Assembly: GCA_965247115.1 (NCBI GenBank)
Contig: CBDFGR010000003.1
Location: forward strand, 1,440,001 to 1,504,000
Length of the DNA: 64,000 nucleotides
Direction of reading: 5' to 3'
Origin: Myxococcota bacterium
GTDB taxonomy: Bacteria; Myxococcota_A; UBA9160; SZUA-336
This document shows, piece after piece, positions 17,481 through 28,095 of this stretch. Every line of letters starts with the position of its first letter. Positions within the stretch are counted from its first letter, which is position 1. The notes beneath the pieces are model-generated. The model ran no database searches. It saw only the letters and a list, made by a program, of their open reading frames with translations, and had not been told where the DNA came from. Made by a program: the position numbers and the translations under genes.

Positions 17481-19674
17481 GGAGGAGGAGGGTGGCGAGC
17501 ATGGCTCCCAGGCCCGTTGCCAGGGCCAGGGGGAAGGACCAGAAGGGGAAGGCCAGGGAGGGAAGGTAGCCGGTCAGGATGGCGATGGCGGCGACGAGGA
17601 GGGCGTAGGGGGCCTGGGTGCGGACGTGGTCGATGTGGTCGCTCGCGGTGGCGACGGAGGAGAGGACGGTCGTGTCGGAGATGGGGGAGCAGTGGTCGCC
17701 GAAGATCGAGCCTTCGAGGACGGCGCCGATGCACACGACGACCAGACCCAGCGATCCGATCTCGTGCTGTGCACCCACCGCGGCCGCCAGGCCGACCACG
17801 TTCGGCAGCAGGATCGACATCGTTCCCCAGGACGTTCCCGTCGCGAAGGAGACACCGCTCGCGGCCACGAAGAGCAGTGTGGGAAGCCAGAGCGCGTCGA
17901 CGCGGCCGGAGGTCAGGGCCACCAGATAGTCGGCGGTGCTCACGTCGACGCAGACGCGCCCGATCATCCAGGCCTCGAACAGTATGATGATCGCAATGGT
18001 GAGCGCGCGCGTACTGACTAGCGCGGCGCGCGCCGCATCCCGTCCGAGCAGGTGCCCGCGACGCGTGCGCCAGAGACCGAGCGGCCAGCCAACGAGCGCC
18101 CAGCCGGCCACGAATGGCCCTGCGTAGGCGAGTGGTCCGGCGAGTCCCTCACCCAGGTAGGCCGCAAGCTCACCCTCCAGGGGCGGACCCAGGGCGACAG
18201 CTGCCACGACACCCGCAACGAGCCCCCCGCGCAGCCCGTTCGAGCCGCTGAGGAACAGCGTCAGGAACAGCCCGACACAGCTGGCGCTGAAGAGAGCGGA
18301 GGCGCCACTTCCGTCGAGCAGCACGCCCGTGATCCCCGGCAGTGTCAGCAGGCGGGCGGGATCGTCGGCGAGCACCGCGTACCCGCCGCCGCGTCGAAAG
18401 ATCTCCTGCATGGCGACGAGCACGACGGCCAGGATCGGGATCAGGGCGTTCCGCGCACGCGGCGCGATGTCGGAGCTCGCTCGAAGCTCGGTCATCTCGG
18501 CAGAGACCATGGGAGTCCCGCCCTTGCGCACGAGCTGACCCAGGTTGCGCGCGCGTCGCTCCGCCGTGCGCATGGGACCAAAGTCGCGGCCCGTCCAGAT
18601 GACGAGCGCGACGAAGCAGAGCGCGAAGATGCTGTAGAAGCGAAACGGGATGGTCTGAAAGAAGATCGCGTAGGCATTCTCGACGATCCCCGCAGCGGGA
18701 AGCTGGGGGGCGTAGGTGGAGACCTCGAACGCGATCCACGTGGAGACGACCGAGAGGCCCGCCACCGGAGCGGCCGTGCTGTCCACGATATAGGCCAGCT
18801 TCTCGCGCGAGACCCCGAGGCGATCGGTCAGCGGCCGCATGGAGTTGCCGACGATCAGGCAGTTCGAGTAATCGTCGAAGAACAGACCGAGTCCCGACGC
18901 AAAGGCCACGGCAAGGGTGGAGCGAACGGTTCGCGCGAAGCGCTGCACCTGATGAATCATTCCCATCACGCCGCCGCTCCGGGTCATCACCCCCACCATC
19001 GAGATCAGCGCGACGGTGAAGCCGATCACCTCCAGCCGGAACGTGTCCAGGATCTCGCGGCGCAGGTAGACGGCAAACACGTCCCAGAACGCGGCCGGGA
19101 GCACGAAGAGCGCAGAGACGTCGGTCTGCAGGCGCATGAGCGCGGCACCCGACAGGATCCCGAGGAAGAGCGCGGTTACCGTCGCGCGAAAAGCCAGTGC
19201 AACGGTGATGGCGAGCAGCGGTGGCAGGAGCGCGGTCCGCGTCGGGACGGTCCAGGGGCCGAGCACGTCAAAACGCTGCACCCCGCTCCCGCGATGGAGC
19301 GCGGCCCGAAGCGTGAGCGCGTTTCCCTCTTCCCCCAGTAGGAGCTCGAGCCTGGGCTCGGCGGTGCCCTCGACTGCGCTGAAGCTCGTGCCGCGCTCGG
19401 CGTTCACCACGTTCAGCAGCGAGTCGAAGGAGCGCCGGAATACCGGATCGTCCTCGACACTTCGCCCGTCGTACTCGATCGACAGCTGGAAGCGCCCGTC
19501 ACCGGCGTCCGACTCCGCGAGCGCGTCGAAGATCGTCGTGCCGGCCTCCCCCTCGAGCAGGTGCGGGACGCCCTGAGCGACGAGAGCGTCGCGATCGGGC
19601 TCGGGATAAAGAAGCGCCAGGGCGAGTGCGATCCCGACGAGCGGAAGCAGCCGCGCGGCCAGACGCGTGTTCAT
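17458..19674 (-). CDS. NhaC-family Na+/H+ antiporter-like transporter with an N-terminal extracytoplasmic extension
   Basis: FFDDYSN, SREKLAYIVDSTAAP, GTSWGT, GDHCSPISDTT. Confidence 0.9.
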   Translation of the reverse strand: MNTRLAARLLPLVGIALALALLYPEPDRDALVAQGVPHLLEGEAGTTIFDALAESDAGDGRFQLSIEYDGRSVEDDPVFRRSFDSLLNVVNAERGTSFSAVEGTAEPRLELLLGEEGNALTLRAALHRGSGVQRFDVLGPWTVPTRTALLPPLLAITVALAFRATVTALFLGILSGAALMRLQTDVSALFVLPAAFWDVFAVYLRREILDTFRLEVIGFTVALISMVGVMTRSGGVMGMIHQVQRFARTVRSTLAVAFASGLGLFFDDYSNCLIVGNSMRPLTDRLGVSREKLAYIVDSTAAPVAGLSVVSTWIAFEVSTYAPQLPAAGIVENAYAIFFQTIPFRFYSIFALCFVALVIWTGRDFGPMRTAERRARNLGQLVRKGGTPMVSAEMTELRASSDIAPRARNALIPILAVVLVAMQEIFRRGGGYAVLADDPARLLTLPGITGVLLDGSGASALFSASCVGLFLTLFLSGSNGLRGGLVAGVVAAVALGPPLEGELAAYLGEGLAGPLAYAGPFVAGWALVGWPLGLWRTRRGHLLGRDAARAALVSTRALTIAIIILFEAWMIGRVCVDVSTADYLVALTSGRVDALWLPTLLFVAASGVSFATGTSWGTMSILLPNVVGLAAAVGAQHEIGSLGLVVVCIGAVLEGSIFGDHCSPISDTTVLSSVATASDHIDHVRTQAPYALLVAAIAILTGYLPSLAFPFWSFPLALATGLGAMLATLLLLGSEVRT

Positions 19675-19867
19675 CCAGATCCGTCTCCGTGGGGGCGGCG
19701 CGATTGTAGCGCCGCGGCGCAAACAATCAGTGCGCCTTCCGCCAATACTCGCGCTCCGCTTCGCCGCTTAAGTTCAACAGCGGCGGCCATGCAGATGATC
19801 CAGATGCACACCGACGAGGAGCGCGAGAAGAAGGAGAAGCCCGCCGCGGAGTGATAGGGCGAGCGGT

Positions 19868-20068
19868 CTATTCGGCGCTCGCGGAGGCCTTGAGTGTCAG
19901 GTACAGTCCGATTGCTGCGATGACCACGCCCGCGGCGCTGCCTGAGGCCTGCTGACGGCCGAAGCCGGCATCGTCTCCAATTCCGACGACATCGGCGAGC
20001 AGAGACGCGCCCAACAGTCCTATCCCAACTAGTAGCAACGCGATAGCTGCCGTCTTGTTGCCTTGCAT
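19868..20068 (-). CDS. small two-TM membrane protein (66 aa)
   Basis: GGAGG RBS; MQGNKTAAIALLLVGIG...GVVIAAIGLYLTL. Confidence 0.7.
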   Translation of the reverse strand: MQGNKTAAIALLLVGIGLLGASLLADVVGIGDDAGFGRQQASGSAAGVVIAAIGLYLTLKASASAE

Positions 20069-20177
20069 GAGCCGCCTCCGGGCATTCCAGTCCTCGGCTA
20101 TCGTCTCACTGCTCGGCGTGATGTCAAGCGCAGCGACGCCACGACGGGTTGGGATTGACGGTAGACTCGGCCGCACC

Positions 20178-21197
20178 GTGAAGCCCGTCGGAGTCATCGT
20201 GAATCCCGTGTCCGGGCGGGATGTCAGGCGGCTGGCGGCGCGGGCGCGGAGCTCCACGCCGGAGGACAAGCGCAACCAGGTGGCGCGAGCCGTTGTCGGG
20301 GCGGCGGCGGCCGGGGCGGAGCGGATCATCGTGTTCAAGGATCCGTTCCGCATCGGGATCGGTGCCGTCGAGAGCCTGCGGATCGATGCGAAGATCGAGG
20401 TGCTCGACATCGGCGCATCCGTCAAGCCCGAGGACACGACGCGCGCGGCCGAGCTGATGCGCGAGGCCGGCTGCGGCGCGGTCGTCGTGCTCGGGGGCGA
20501 CGGCACGAATCGCGGCATCGTCAAAGTGTGGGAGGAGGCGCCGCTGCTGCCAATCTCCACGGGAACGAACAACACCTTCCCGGTCATGGTCGAGGCGACG
20601 GTCGCAGGCGCGGCCTGCGGACTCGTGGCGTCCGGACGAATCGAACTGCACGAGGTCGCCCGGCCGGCCAAGCTGATCCGGCTCGAGCTCGAGGGCCGGC
20701 CGGCGGACCTCGGCCTGATCGACGTGGTGCTGCTCGTCGACGACATGGTCGGGAACCTGCTGCCCTACGATCCCGCCAAGCTCCGCACCCTCGTGCTCTC
20801 CCGCGCGGTCGCGTCCGGCGTGGGCATGACGCCGATCGGGGGGCTGCTCGAGAGCTGCGGTGCGGAGGACGAGTACGGGCTCGTGGTCGAGTGCACGGGA
20901 CCGGAGGGCGGCGGGCGCCCGCTGCGGGCCCCGCTCTCGCAGGGCCTGTACCGGCACGCGTACGTGCGCAGCTGGCGCAAGGTCTCGCTCGGCGAGCCGG
21001 TCGTGATACGCGGACCTGGCGTGCTGGCGCTGGATGGCGATCGCGAGCACACGCTCGCAGACGGCGAGACCGCGCAGCTCCGCGTGCTCCGCGAGGGTCC
21101 GCGCGTGATCGACGTGGAGCGAGCGATGCGGCTCGCCAGGGAGCGCGAGCTGTTCTTCGACCTGGAAGGCTGGCACGACGCGCTGGACGAGCTCTAG
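20178..21197 (+). CDS. ATP-NAD kinase-like protein, AcoX type
   Basis: VNPVSGRDVRRL, LGGDGTNR, STGTNNTFP, ALDGDRE. Confidence 0.85.
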   Translation: MKPVGVIVNPVSGRDVRRLAARARSSTPEDKRNQVARAVVGAAAAGAERIIVFKDPFRIGIGAVESLRIDAKIEVLDIGASVKPEDTTRAAELMREAGCGAVVVLGGDGTNRGIVKVWEEAPLLPISTGTNNTFPVMVEATVAGAACGLVASGRIELHEVARPAKLIRLELEGRPADLGLIDVVLLVDDMVGNLLPYDPAKLRTLVLSRAVASGVGMTPIGGLLESCGAEDEYGLVVECTGPEGGGRPLRAPLSQGLYRHAYVRSWRKVSLGEPVVIRGPGVLALDGDREHTLADGETAQLRVLREGPRVIDVERAMRLARERELFFDLEGWHDALDEL

Positions 21198-21401
21198 CCG
21201 AAGCGCGGACCGCAAGCTCGCGGCGGCGCTCGCCGCGCTGCGCTCTGTGCGCGACGACCCGTGCTCGGAAGCCGTTGCCGCAGAGCTGCGCAATGCGCTC
21301 GAGCAGCGCTCTGCCGGCGTAGGCGCGACACCGTTCCGCGGCGCGCGATCTGGACCTGGCTGCAGGCTCGGGAAGAGGCTCTGACGGGCTGGTAGAATGC
21401 C

Positions 21402-22487
21402 GTGGTGTTCGGATCCCCCCGAGACATCGCCGCGCTCGGCGCGGCTCTGGCTCTGCTCTTCTCCGCAGGCTGTGACGAGCCCCAGTCGGCTGACTTTGGA
21501 GGGCGACCCCCCGCCACAGTGGAGGCAGTGCGCCTCGATCCCCGACCGTTCACCGACATCATCGGCCTGGTCGGCCATCTGGAGGCCGAAGAGTCCGTCG
21601 TCATCCGCCCCGAGATCTCGGGGGTGATCGAGGAGATCGGCTTCAGGGAGGGCGAGACGGTCGCCGCGGGCGAGGTATTGTTCCGCCTGCGCGACGGCGA
21701 GCAACGCGCAGACCTGCGCTCGGCCACGGCAGGGCGGGAACTCGCCCGCGACGTCTATCGCCGCACCCAGGAGCTCTCCAAACGCGAGGTATCCGCGGTC
21801 GCCGAGCTCGACCGCGCAGTCGCGGAGCTCGAAGCCGCCGAGGCGGGCGTCGATCTCGCACGCGTGGAGCTGGATCGCACTCAGATCCGCGCTCCCTTCG
21901 ACGGGGCTGTCGGCGCTCGCTGGGTGTCTCCCGGGGACCGTGTCCTAGACACGACAGACCTGGTGCAGATCGACAAGATCGATCGTCTCCAGCTGCTGTT
22001 CACGCTGCCCGAGACCGCAGTCGGCCTGGCCCGCAAGGGTATTCGCGTCGAGCTTGCGATCGCCCCCTTCCCAGACGAGCGCTTCGGAGGCGAGGTCTAC
22101 TTCGTCTCGCCAACGCTCGACCCGAACAGCCGGCGGCTCTTGCTCAAGGCCTGGATCCCGAACCCGACCGGGCGGCTCCGCCCCGGACAGTTCGCCACGC
22201 TGGAGGTCGAAGTCGAGCACATCGAGAACGCGCTTGTCGCACCCGAGTCCTCCATCGCCTACGACGGCCGCGGCTTCTTCGTCTGGCGCGTGGGCGCCGG
22301 CAACACGGCCGAGCGCGTGGACGTCGAGCTGGGGCCGCGGGCCGACGCGAGCGTGGTGGTGCGCTCCGGTCTCCGCCCGGGTGACTTGGTGGTGAGCGCC
22401 GGAACTCACAAGATCTACCCCGGGGCAACGCTCAATCTGCGAGAGAACCCCCAGGTGGCAGCAGGTCCCCCGGAGGAGACGCAGTGA
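21402..22487 (+). CDS. RND efflux periplasmic adaptor (lipoprotein)
   Basis: SAGC lipobox, IRAPFDG, LRPGQF. Confidence 0.92.
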   Translation: MVFGSPRDIAALGAALALLFSAGCDEPQSADFGGRPPATVEAVRLDPRPFTDIIGLVGHLEAEESVVIRPEISGVIEEIGFREGETVAAGEVLFRLRDGEQRADLRSATAGRELARDVYRRTQELSKREVSAVAELDRAVAELEAAEAGVDLARVELDRTQIRAPFDGAVGARWVSPGDRVLDTTDLVQIDKIDRLQLLFTLPETAVGLARKGIRVELAIAPFPDERFGGEVYFVSPTLDPNSRRLLLKAWIPNPTGRLRPGQFATLEVEVEHIENALVAPESSIAYDGRGFFVWRVGAGNTAERVDVELGPRADASVVVRSGLRPGDLVVSAGTHKIYPGATLNLRENPQVAAGPPEETQ

Positions 22488-25400
22488 GATTCTCCCAGGC
22501 CTGCATCAGCCGGCCCGTCCTCTCGACGGTCATGTCGCTGGTGATCCTGGTCTTTGGCGGCATCTCGCTCTCGCTCCTGTCAAACCGCGAGCTCCCTGAC
22601 GTCGACCCCCCCGTGGTCTCCGTGTCTACCGTGTATCTCGGCGCGGCACCGGAGGTGGTCGAGACCTCGATCACGCAGCCGCTCGAAGACGAGATCATGG
22701 GCATCGAGGGCATCAAGCACGTCACCTCGATGAGCCGCGAGCAGTCCTCTCAGATCGACATCGAGTTCGAGCTCCATCGCGACATCGACATCGCAGCAGC
22801 CGACGTGCGCGACCGGGTCGCGCGAGCGCGGCGCGAGCTGCCAGACGACGCCGAGGCACCGATCGTCTCCAAGGTGGACTCCGACGCCAGCCCGATCCTG
22901 TGGATGGCACTCAAGGGAGGTCCCTACACACAGGTCGAGCGGTCCACCATAGCGGAGACGCAGATCAAGGACCGCCTCTCCAAGCTGCCCGGCGTCGGCA
23001 ACGTCATGCTCTCCGGAGAGCGGCGTTACTCCATGCGCCTCTGGATCGACCAGCAGCGGCTGACCGCCCAGCAGCTCACGATCGCGGACGTGGCCTCCGC
23101 GCTGCAGCGCGAGAACATCGACATCCCCTCGGGACGGGTGGAGAGCACGGATCGCGAGTTCAGCGTGCGAACGCTCGGCGAGCTGAAGACCCCGGCGCAG
23201 TACGGAGACCTCATCATCGCGCGCGTCGACGGAGAGCCCGTGCGCATCCGCGACATCGGACGCGCCGAGATTGGTCCCGAAGACGAGCGCACGCTCACCC
23301 GTCAGGATGGGGAGCCGATTGTGGGACTGGGCGTCGTCAAGCAGTCCAAGGCCAACACGCTGGGCGTGCTGGACGCCGTGAAGAAGGAGCTCGACGTCAT
23401 CCGGACGGAGCTCCCCGAGGGCATGGAGCTGATCTTGTCGTCCGACTCCTCGATCTTCATCAAGGCCTCGGTCCGAGACGTCACGCTGACCATCTTCTAC
23501 GCCATAGGCCTGGTCCTGATCGTGATCTACATCTTTCTGCGCTCGTCTCGCGCCACCATCGTGCCGGCCATCTCCATCCCGGTCTCCATCGTGGGATGCT
23601 TCGCGGTCCTCTACTTCCTGGACTACTCGATCAATACGCTCACGCTCATGGGCCTGACCCTGGCCATCGGCCTGGTCGTGGACGACTCCATCGTCGTGCT
23701 CGAGAACATCAGCCGCTGGATCGAGTCGGGCATGACGCGCATGCAGGCGGCGCGCCGCGGCATCGACGAGATCGCGTTCGCGGTCATCGCGGCCAGCCTG
23801 TCGACGATCGCCGTGTTCCTGCCGCTCGCCTTCCTGACTGATACCACCGGGCGCCTCTTCCGCGAGTTCGGCATCACGGTCGCCGCCGCGGTGGCGATCT
23901 CGGGCTTCGTGGCGCTCACGCTCTCGCCCGCGCTCTGCGCGCGCATCCTCCGCGGCCACCGGCAAGATCACGGCGTCAAGGCGGTGCTGGCCTCGAGCAT
24001 CGACGGCCTGCGCTCGGGCTATGCGCGACTCCTCGGCCCCGTGCTCGCGCACCCCGTGCTGGCCGGCGTGGTCGGTGTGGCCTGGGTGGCGCTCGGCGTC
24101 TTCTTGCTCGGACAGGTGGAGCGCGAGTTCGTCCCCACCACGGATCGGTCCGAAATCCTGATCTTCACCCGAGCTCCCGAGGGCAGCACGCTCGACTACA
24201 CGGGCCGCTATCAGGCCGAGGTCGAGCAGATCCTGGGCGACACTCCCGAGGTTCGCGCATTCTTCTCGATCGTCTCCTTTGGCTTTAGCGGAGCCGGCGA
24301 GGTGAACCGGGGGATCATCTTCACTTCGCTCAAGCTCTGGGACGAGCGGGAACGTACGCAGCAGCAGATCGTGGCGGAGCTGTTCCAGAAGTTCAATCAG
24401 GTCTCCGGGATCGAGGCATACCCGACCAATCCGTCAATGCTGGAGACGAATATGTTCAACGCGCCGGTCTCCCTGGTCGTGCAGGGACCGGACATCCGCC
24501 AGCTGGCCCGCTACGGCGACGAGATCAAGCGCCGCGCCGGAGCCATCCCGGGTCTATTCAACGTCCAGACCGATCTCCTCTTGAACAAGCCACAGCTCGC
24601 GGTCGAGATCGACCGCGAACGCGCCAGCGACCTCGGCGTCTCTGCGCGGGATATCGCGTCGACCCTGCAGATCCTGCTCGGTGGGCTCGACCTCTCGACC
24701 TTCAAGCTGCGCGGCGAGACCTACGACGTGATCGCCCAGCTCGACCGGCCCGCTCGCTCCAATCCGAACGACCTGTTCGGGCTGTACGTGCGCGCGGCGA
24801 ACGGCGCGCTCATCCCCCTCGACTCGCTCGTGCGCGTGGAGGAGACGATCGCACCGCCGGGCCTACCGCACTTCGACCGCCTGCGCTCCGCAACCGTGAC
24901 GGCGAGCCTGCTGGCGGACATGCCCCTGGGCCGAGCCCTCACGCAGGTACGCGCCATAGCAGACGAGGTGGTCCCGGCGGGGACGGGCTACAGCCTGCGC
25001 TGGTCTGGCGAGTCGGAGCAGTTCTTCGACTCGTCAAACGCCCTCCTCTTCGCCTACGTCCTTGCAGTAATCCTGATCTACCTGGTACTCGCTGCCCAGT
25101 TCGAGAGCTTCATCCACCCCGCCACGATCATGGTGGCCGTTGCGGTGTCGTTCACCGGAGCGCTGCTCGCGCTGATGGCCACGGGCCAGACGCTCAACCT
25201 CTTCAGTCAGATCGGCCTGGTCATGCTGGTCGGCCTGGTGGCGAAGAACTCCATCCTGATCGTGGAGTTCGCGAACCAGCTGCGGGCCCAGGGGCTCGAG
25301 GTGATCGATGCGGTCACGCAGGCCGCGCAGACGCGCTTCCGGCCCGTGCTGATGACCGCGCTCTCTACGATCGCAGGGATCCTGCCGCTCGCGCTCGGAT

Positions 25401-25609
25401 TCGGCGCGGGCGGCGAGGCGCGTGCGCCACTGGGCGTCGCGGTCGTCGGCGGAATGGTGTTCTCTACCCTGCTCACGTTCTTCCTGGTGCCCGTCGTGTA
25501 CATGGCGTTCGCGCAGCTGCAGGCACGCTTCGAGCGGGAGGCAGAAGAAGAGGCAGAGGGACTCGGCGCCGAGGCCCCCGAGCCCGTTAGCGCACGAGCC
25601 CAGGGTTAA
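22484..25609 (+). CDS. RND efflux permease (AcrB family)
   Basis: 1041 aa; GLVVDDSIVVLEN, KNSILIVEFA, RFRPVLMT. Confidence 0.95.
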   Translation: MRFSQACISRPVLSTVMSLVILVFGGISLSLLSNRELPDVDPPVVSVSTVYLGAAPEVVETSITQPLEDEIMGIEGIKHVTSMSREQSSQIDIEFELHRDIDIAAADVRDRVARARRELPDDAEAPIVSKVDSDASPILWMALKGGPYTQVERSTIAETQIKDRLSKLPGVGNVMLSGERRYSMRLWIDQQRLTAQQLTIADVASALQRENIDIPSGRVESTDREFSVRTLGELKTPAQYGDLIIARVDGEPVRIRDIGRAEIGPEDERTLTRQDGEPIVGLGVVKQSKANTLGVLDAVKKELDVIRTELPEGMELILSSDSSIFIKASVRDVTLTIFYAIGLVLIVIYIFLRSSRATIVPAISIPVSIVGCFAVLYFLDYSINTLTLMGLTLAIGLVVDDSIVVLENISRWIESGMTRMQAARRGIDEIAFAVIAASLSTIAVFLPLAFLTDTTGRLFREFGITVAAAVAISGFVALTLSPALCARILRGHRQDHGVKAVLASSIDGLRSGYARLLGPVLAHPVLAGVVGVAWVALGVFLLGQVEREFVPTTDRSEILIFTRAPEGSTLDYTGRYQAEVEQILGDTPEVRAFFSIVSFGFSGAGEVNRGIIFTSLKLWDERERTQQQIVAELFQKFNQVSGIEAYPTNPSMLETNMFNAPVSLVVQGPDIRQLARYGDEIKRRAGAIPGLFNVQTDLLLNKPQLAVEIDRERASDLGVSARDIASTLQILLGGLDLSTFKLRGETYDVIAQLDRPARSNPNDLFGLYVRAANGALIPLDSLVRVEETIAPPGLPHFDRLRSATVTASLLADMPLGRALTQVRAIADEVVPAGTGYSLRWSGESEQFFDSSNALLFAYVLAVILIYLVLAAQFESFIHPATIMVAVAVSFTGALLALMATGQTLNLFSQIGLVMLVGLVAKNSILIVEFANQLRAQGLEVIDAVTQAAQTRFRPVLMTALSTIAGILPLALGFGAGGEARAPLGVAVVGGMVFSTLLTFFLVPVVYMAFAQLQARFEREAEEEAEGLGAEAPEPVSARAQG

Positions 25610-25623
25610 AAGGAGGGCGCACC

Positions 25624-26547
25624 GTGGCAATCAAGGTAGGTGTCCACACGGGTCCGCAAGACCTGTCCATGGACGAGCTGCAGAGGATCTGGCAGCGGGC
25701 CGATGACGCCGGCTTCCACTGGATCTCGGTCTGGGATCACTTCTACGCCAATCCGCTGCAGAGCCGTGACAATCCGTGCTTCGAGGGCGTCGCGTCGATG
25801 GCCGCACTCGCGGCCACGACGAAGAACGTGCAGGTCGGCTGTCTGGTGTTCTGCTCGAGCTTCCGACCCCCGGGCGTGCTCGCCAAGGCGATCGTCACGA
25901 TCGATCACGTCTGCGGCGGCCGCGCGAACCTGGGCATCGGGGCGGGCTGGTTCGAGGAGGAGTGGCGCGAGTTCGGCTACGGCTTTCCGTCGCTCGGTGA
26001 GCGCATGGACCACCTGGAGGAGTCGGTCCAGGTGCTGCGCTCGCTCCTGCGCGAGGACTCGACGACCTTCAAGGGCGAGCACATTCAGGTCGACGGCGCG
26101 GTCTGCGCGCCGAAGCCACTCAACCCGCGTCTCCCGATCTGGATCGGCGGCCGCGGCAAGCAACGCACGCCGAGGCTCGCGGCGCGCTTCGCCGACGGCT
26201 TCAACATGCCGTACGTCGCGCCGGAGCTCTTCGCCGATCGCACGACCCGGGTCGATCGCTTCTGCGAGGAGCTGGGACGAGACCCCGCCGAGATCCAGCG
26301 CAGCGTCAACGTCGGCTTCTACATGAGCGCGAACGAGGCCGCCGCGCGGGCGAAGGAGCAGTCCGGCTTCGGAGGCAACATGGGCCGTGAAGGCATGCTC
26401 GTCGGCACTCCCGCACAGGCGATCGATCGCATCGGCGAGTACGAGCGCGCCGGCGCGCAGGGCCTGAACATCGCGTTCCGACCACCCGTCGACTGGGGAG
26501 CCTTCGACGCCTTCATCGAGGAGGTCCTGCCCGTATTCCACCAGTAG
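25624..26547 (+). CDS. LLM-class oxidoreductase, probably F420-dependent
   Basis: VWDHF, GIGAGW, PKP, PIWIGG. Confidence 0.88.
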   Translation: MAIKVGVHTGPQDLSMDELQRIWQRADDAGFHWISVWDHFYANPLQSRDNPCFEGVASMAALAATTKNVQVGCLVFCSSFRPPGVLAKAIVTIDHVCGGRANLGIGAGWFEEEWREFGYGFPSLGERMDHLEESVQVLRSLLREDSTTFKGEHIQVDGAVCAPKPLNPRLPIWIGGRGKQRTPRLAARFADGFNMPYVAPELFADRTTRVDRFCEELGRDPAEIQRSVNVGFYMSANEAAARAKEQSGFGGNMGREGMLVGTPAQAIDRIGEYERAGAQGLNIAFRPPVDWGAFDAFIEEVLPVFHQ

Positions 26548-26590
26548 AGGGCTCTGCCGGAGAACGTGAGCCGCTGCCCGGGCGCGGAGC

Positions 26591-27595
26591 CTACTTCCGC
26601 AGCGTCTCGATGAATTCTTTCTGCGCCGCGCGATCTGCGAACGGTGCCATCGAGGCCACGCGGTCGATGATGTCCCCGAAACGCGCCTTCAGACCGGCGG
26701 CAACCTTCTCGGGCTCCGCGACCACGGCGAACTCCTCGATGATCTCGTCCGTGATCAGCGTGCCCATCTCCTCCCACTTGCCCTGCTTGGAGAGCACGTT
26801 CAGCTCGCCCTGCAGTCCGCCCCACCCGTGCGTTTCGAGCACCGGCTTGTATGCAGGAGTCGAGCCGTAGAATGCGATCTGCCGAGAGGTCGCCGTGCGC
26901 GCGCGCACGTAGGCCTCCTCGTCCGACCCCGTCACCACGAACGCGGGACAGCTGATCTCGAAGTCACTGCGCTTCTTGCCCGCCTTCGCAAGGCCGCGAT
27001 CGATCGCCGGCAGCGTGACCTCGCGCATGTAGCGTTCCGTGGTGAAGGCATGCGCGATCAGGCCGTCCGCCACCTCCGCGGCCACCTCGGTCATGAGCGG
27101 ACCGACCGCCGCAAGGAACACGCGCGGCGGACCGTAGTCGGTCGCGGTGGGCGTGAACATCGGCGTCATCAGCGTGTGCGAGTAGAAGTCGCCCCGGAAA
27201 TCGAGCTTCTTGCCCTCGTACCAGCAGTCCCAGGTGGCGCGCATGGCAAGGATCAGCTCGCGCATGCGGGCCGCCGGCCTCGACCATGGCATGCTGAAGC
27301 GCTTGGTGATGTGCGCCCGGATCTGCGAGCCGAGCCCGAGGATGAAGCGACCCTTGGAGTACAGGTTCAGATCGTGTCCGATCTGGGCCAGGTTCATCGG
27401 GCTGCGCGCAAAGGCCACCGCGATGCTGGTCATGAGCTCGATCCGTTCGCTGTGCTCCGCTGCGAGCAGGATCGGGAAGAACGGATCGTTCGATGTCTCC
27501 GCCGACATGGCCGCGTCGTAGCCGGTCTCCTCGAGCTCGCGAATGCGCGCAGGCACCCCGTGGAGATCCAACGTCATTCCGCCGTCAACCTTCAT
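26591..27595 (-). CDS. LLM-class F420-dependent oxidoreductase (TIGR03617-like)
   Basis: IAVAFARSPM, GRFILGLGSQIRAHITKRFSMPW, FYGSTPAY. Confidence 0.88.
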   Translation of the reverse strand: MKVDGGMTLDLHGVPARIRELEETGYDAAMSAETSNDPFFPILLAAEHSERIELMTSIAVAFARSPMNLAQIGHDLNLYSKGRFILGLGSQIRAHITKRFSMPWSRPAARMRELILAMRATWDCWYEGKKLDFRGDFYSHTLMTPMFTPTATDYGPPRVFLAAVGPLMTEVAAEVADGLIAHAFTTERYMREVTLPAIDRGLAKAGKKRSDFEISCPAFVVTGSDEEAYVRARTATSRQIAFYGSTPAYKPVLETHGWGGLQGELNVLSKQGKWEEMGTLITDEIIEEFAVVAEPEKVAAGLKARFGDIIDRVASMAPFADRAAQKEFIETLRK

Positions 27596-28092
27596 CTGCT
27601 TTCTCCTTTGACACTGCGTCTCGGCCAGAGCGTTCCGAAGTTGCTCGGTCCCTCGAGCACCGTGCGAGCGGCAACGCACGCGTAGTCTGCCTGCCAGGTG
27701 CGGGGCAGCGTTCCGAACACCCGGTCCCAGAAGCGCGTGGTCACCCCGTAGTAGGCCTTCGCGCTGCAGGCGTGGTGCGCCAGGTGGTGCGCGCTCAGGC
27801 GTTCCTCCCGGGCGCTCCGCGGCGACCGGAAGTGGATCCGCCAGTGGACGTACTCGTAGTGCAGGAAGCCGCACAAGAGACCCAGCGCGAACGCGGCGGG
27901 GAGCAGCAGGAACGCGACTCCCGCAAAAGGAACCCACGCCGTCGGCGACGTGAAGACGCGACGCGCGTCCCTGTGGTGCTCGAAGTGCAGCGCTCCGACG
28001 GGCGTGCGGAAACGGTGCGAGAGCCAGCCGTGGACCGCGTACTCGACGAGCGACCAGGCCGCCAGTCCGAGAGCGAAGAGCGCGAGCGCCAC
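27592..28092 (-). CDS. fatty acid hydroxylase/sterol desaturase family membrane protein
   Basis: EYAVHGWLSH, HFEHH, YEYVHWRIH, HLAHH, YGVT..WDRVFGT. Confidence 0.85.
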   Translation of the reverse strand: MALALFALGLAAWSLVEYAVHGWLSHRFRTPVGALHFEHHRDARRVFTSPTAWVPFAGVAFLLLPAAFALGLLCGFLHYEYVHWRIHFRSPRSAREERLSAHHLAHHACSAKAYYGVTTRFWDRVFGTLPRTWQADYACVAARTVLEGPSNFGTLWPRRSVKGESR

Positions 28093-28095
28093 GCG

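Noticed and set aside
19788..19854. Short peptide-like frame MQMIQMHTDEEREKKEKPAAE
   Set aside because: Too short, no RBS; may be a gene-end remnant but cannot be supported.
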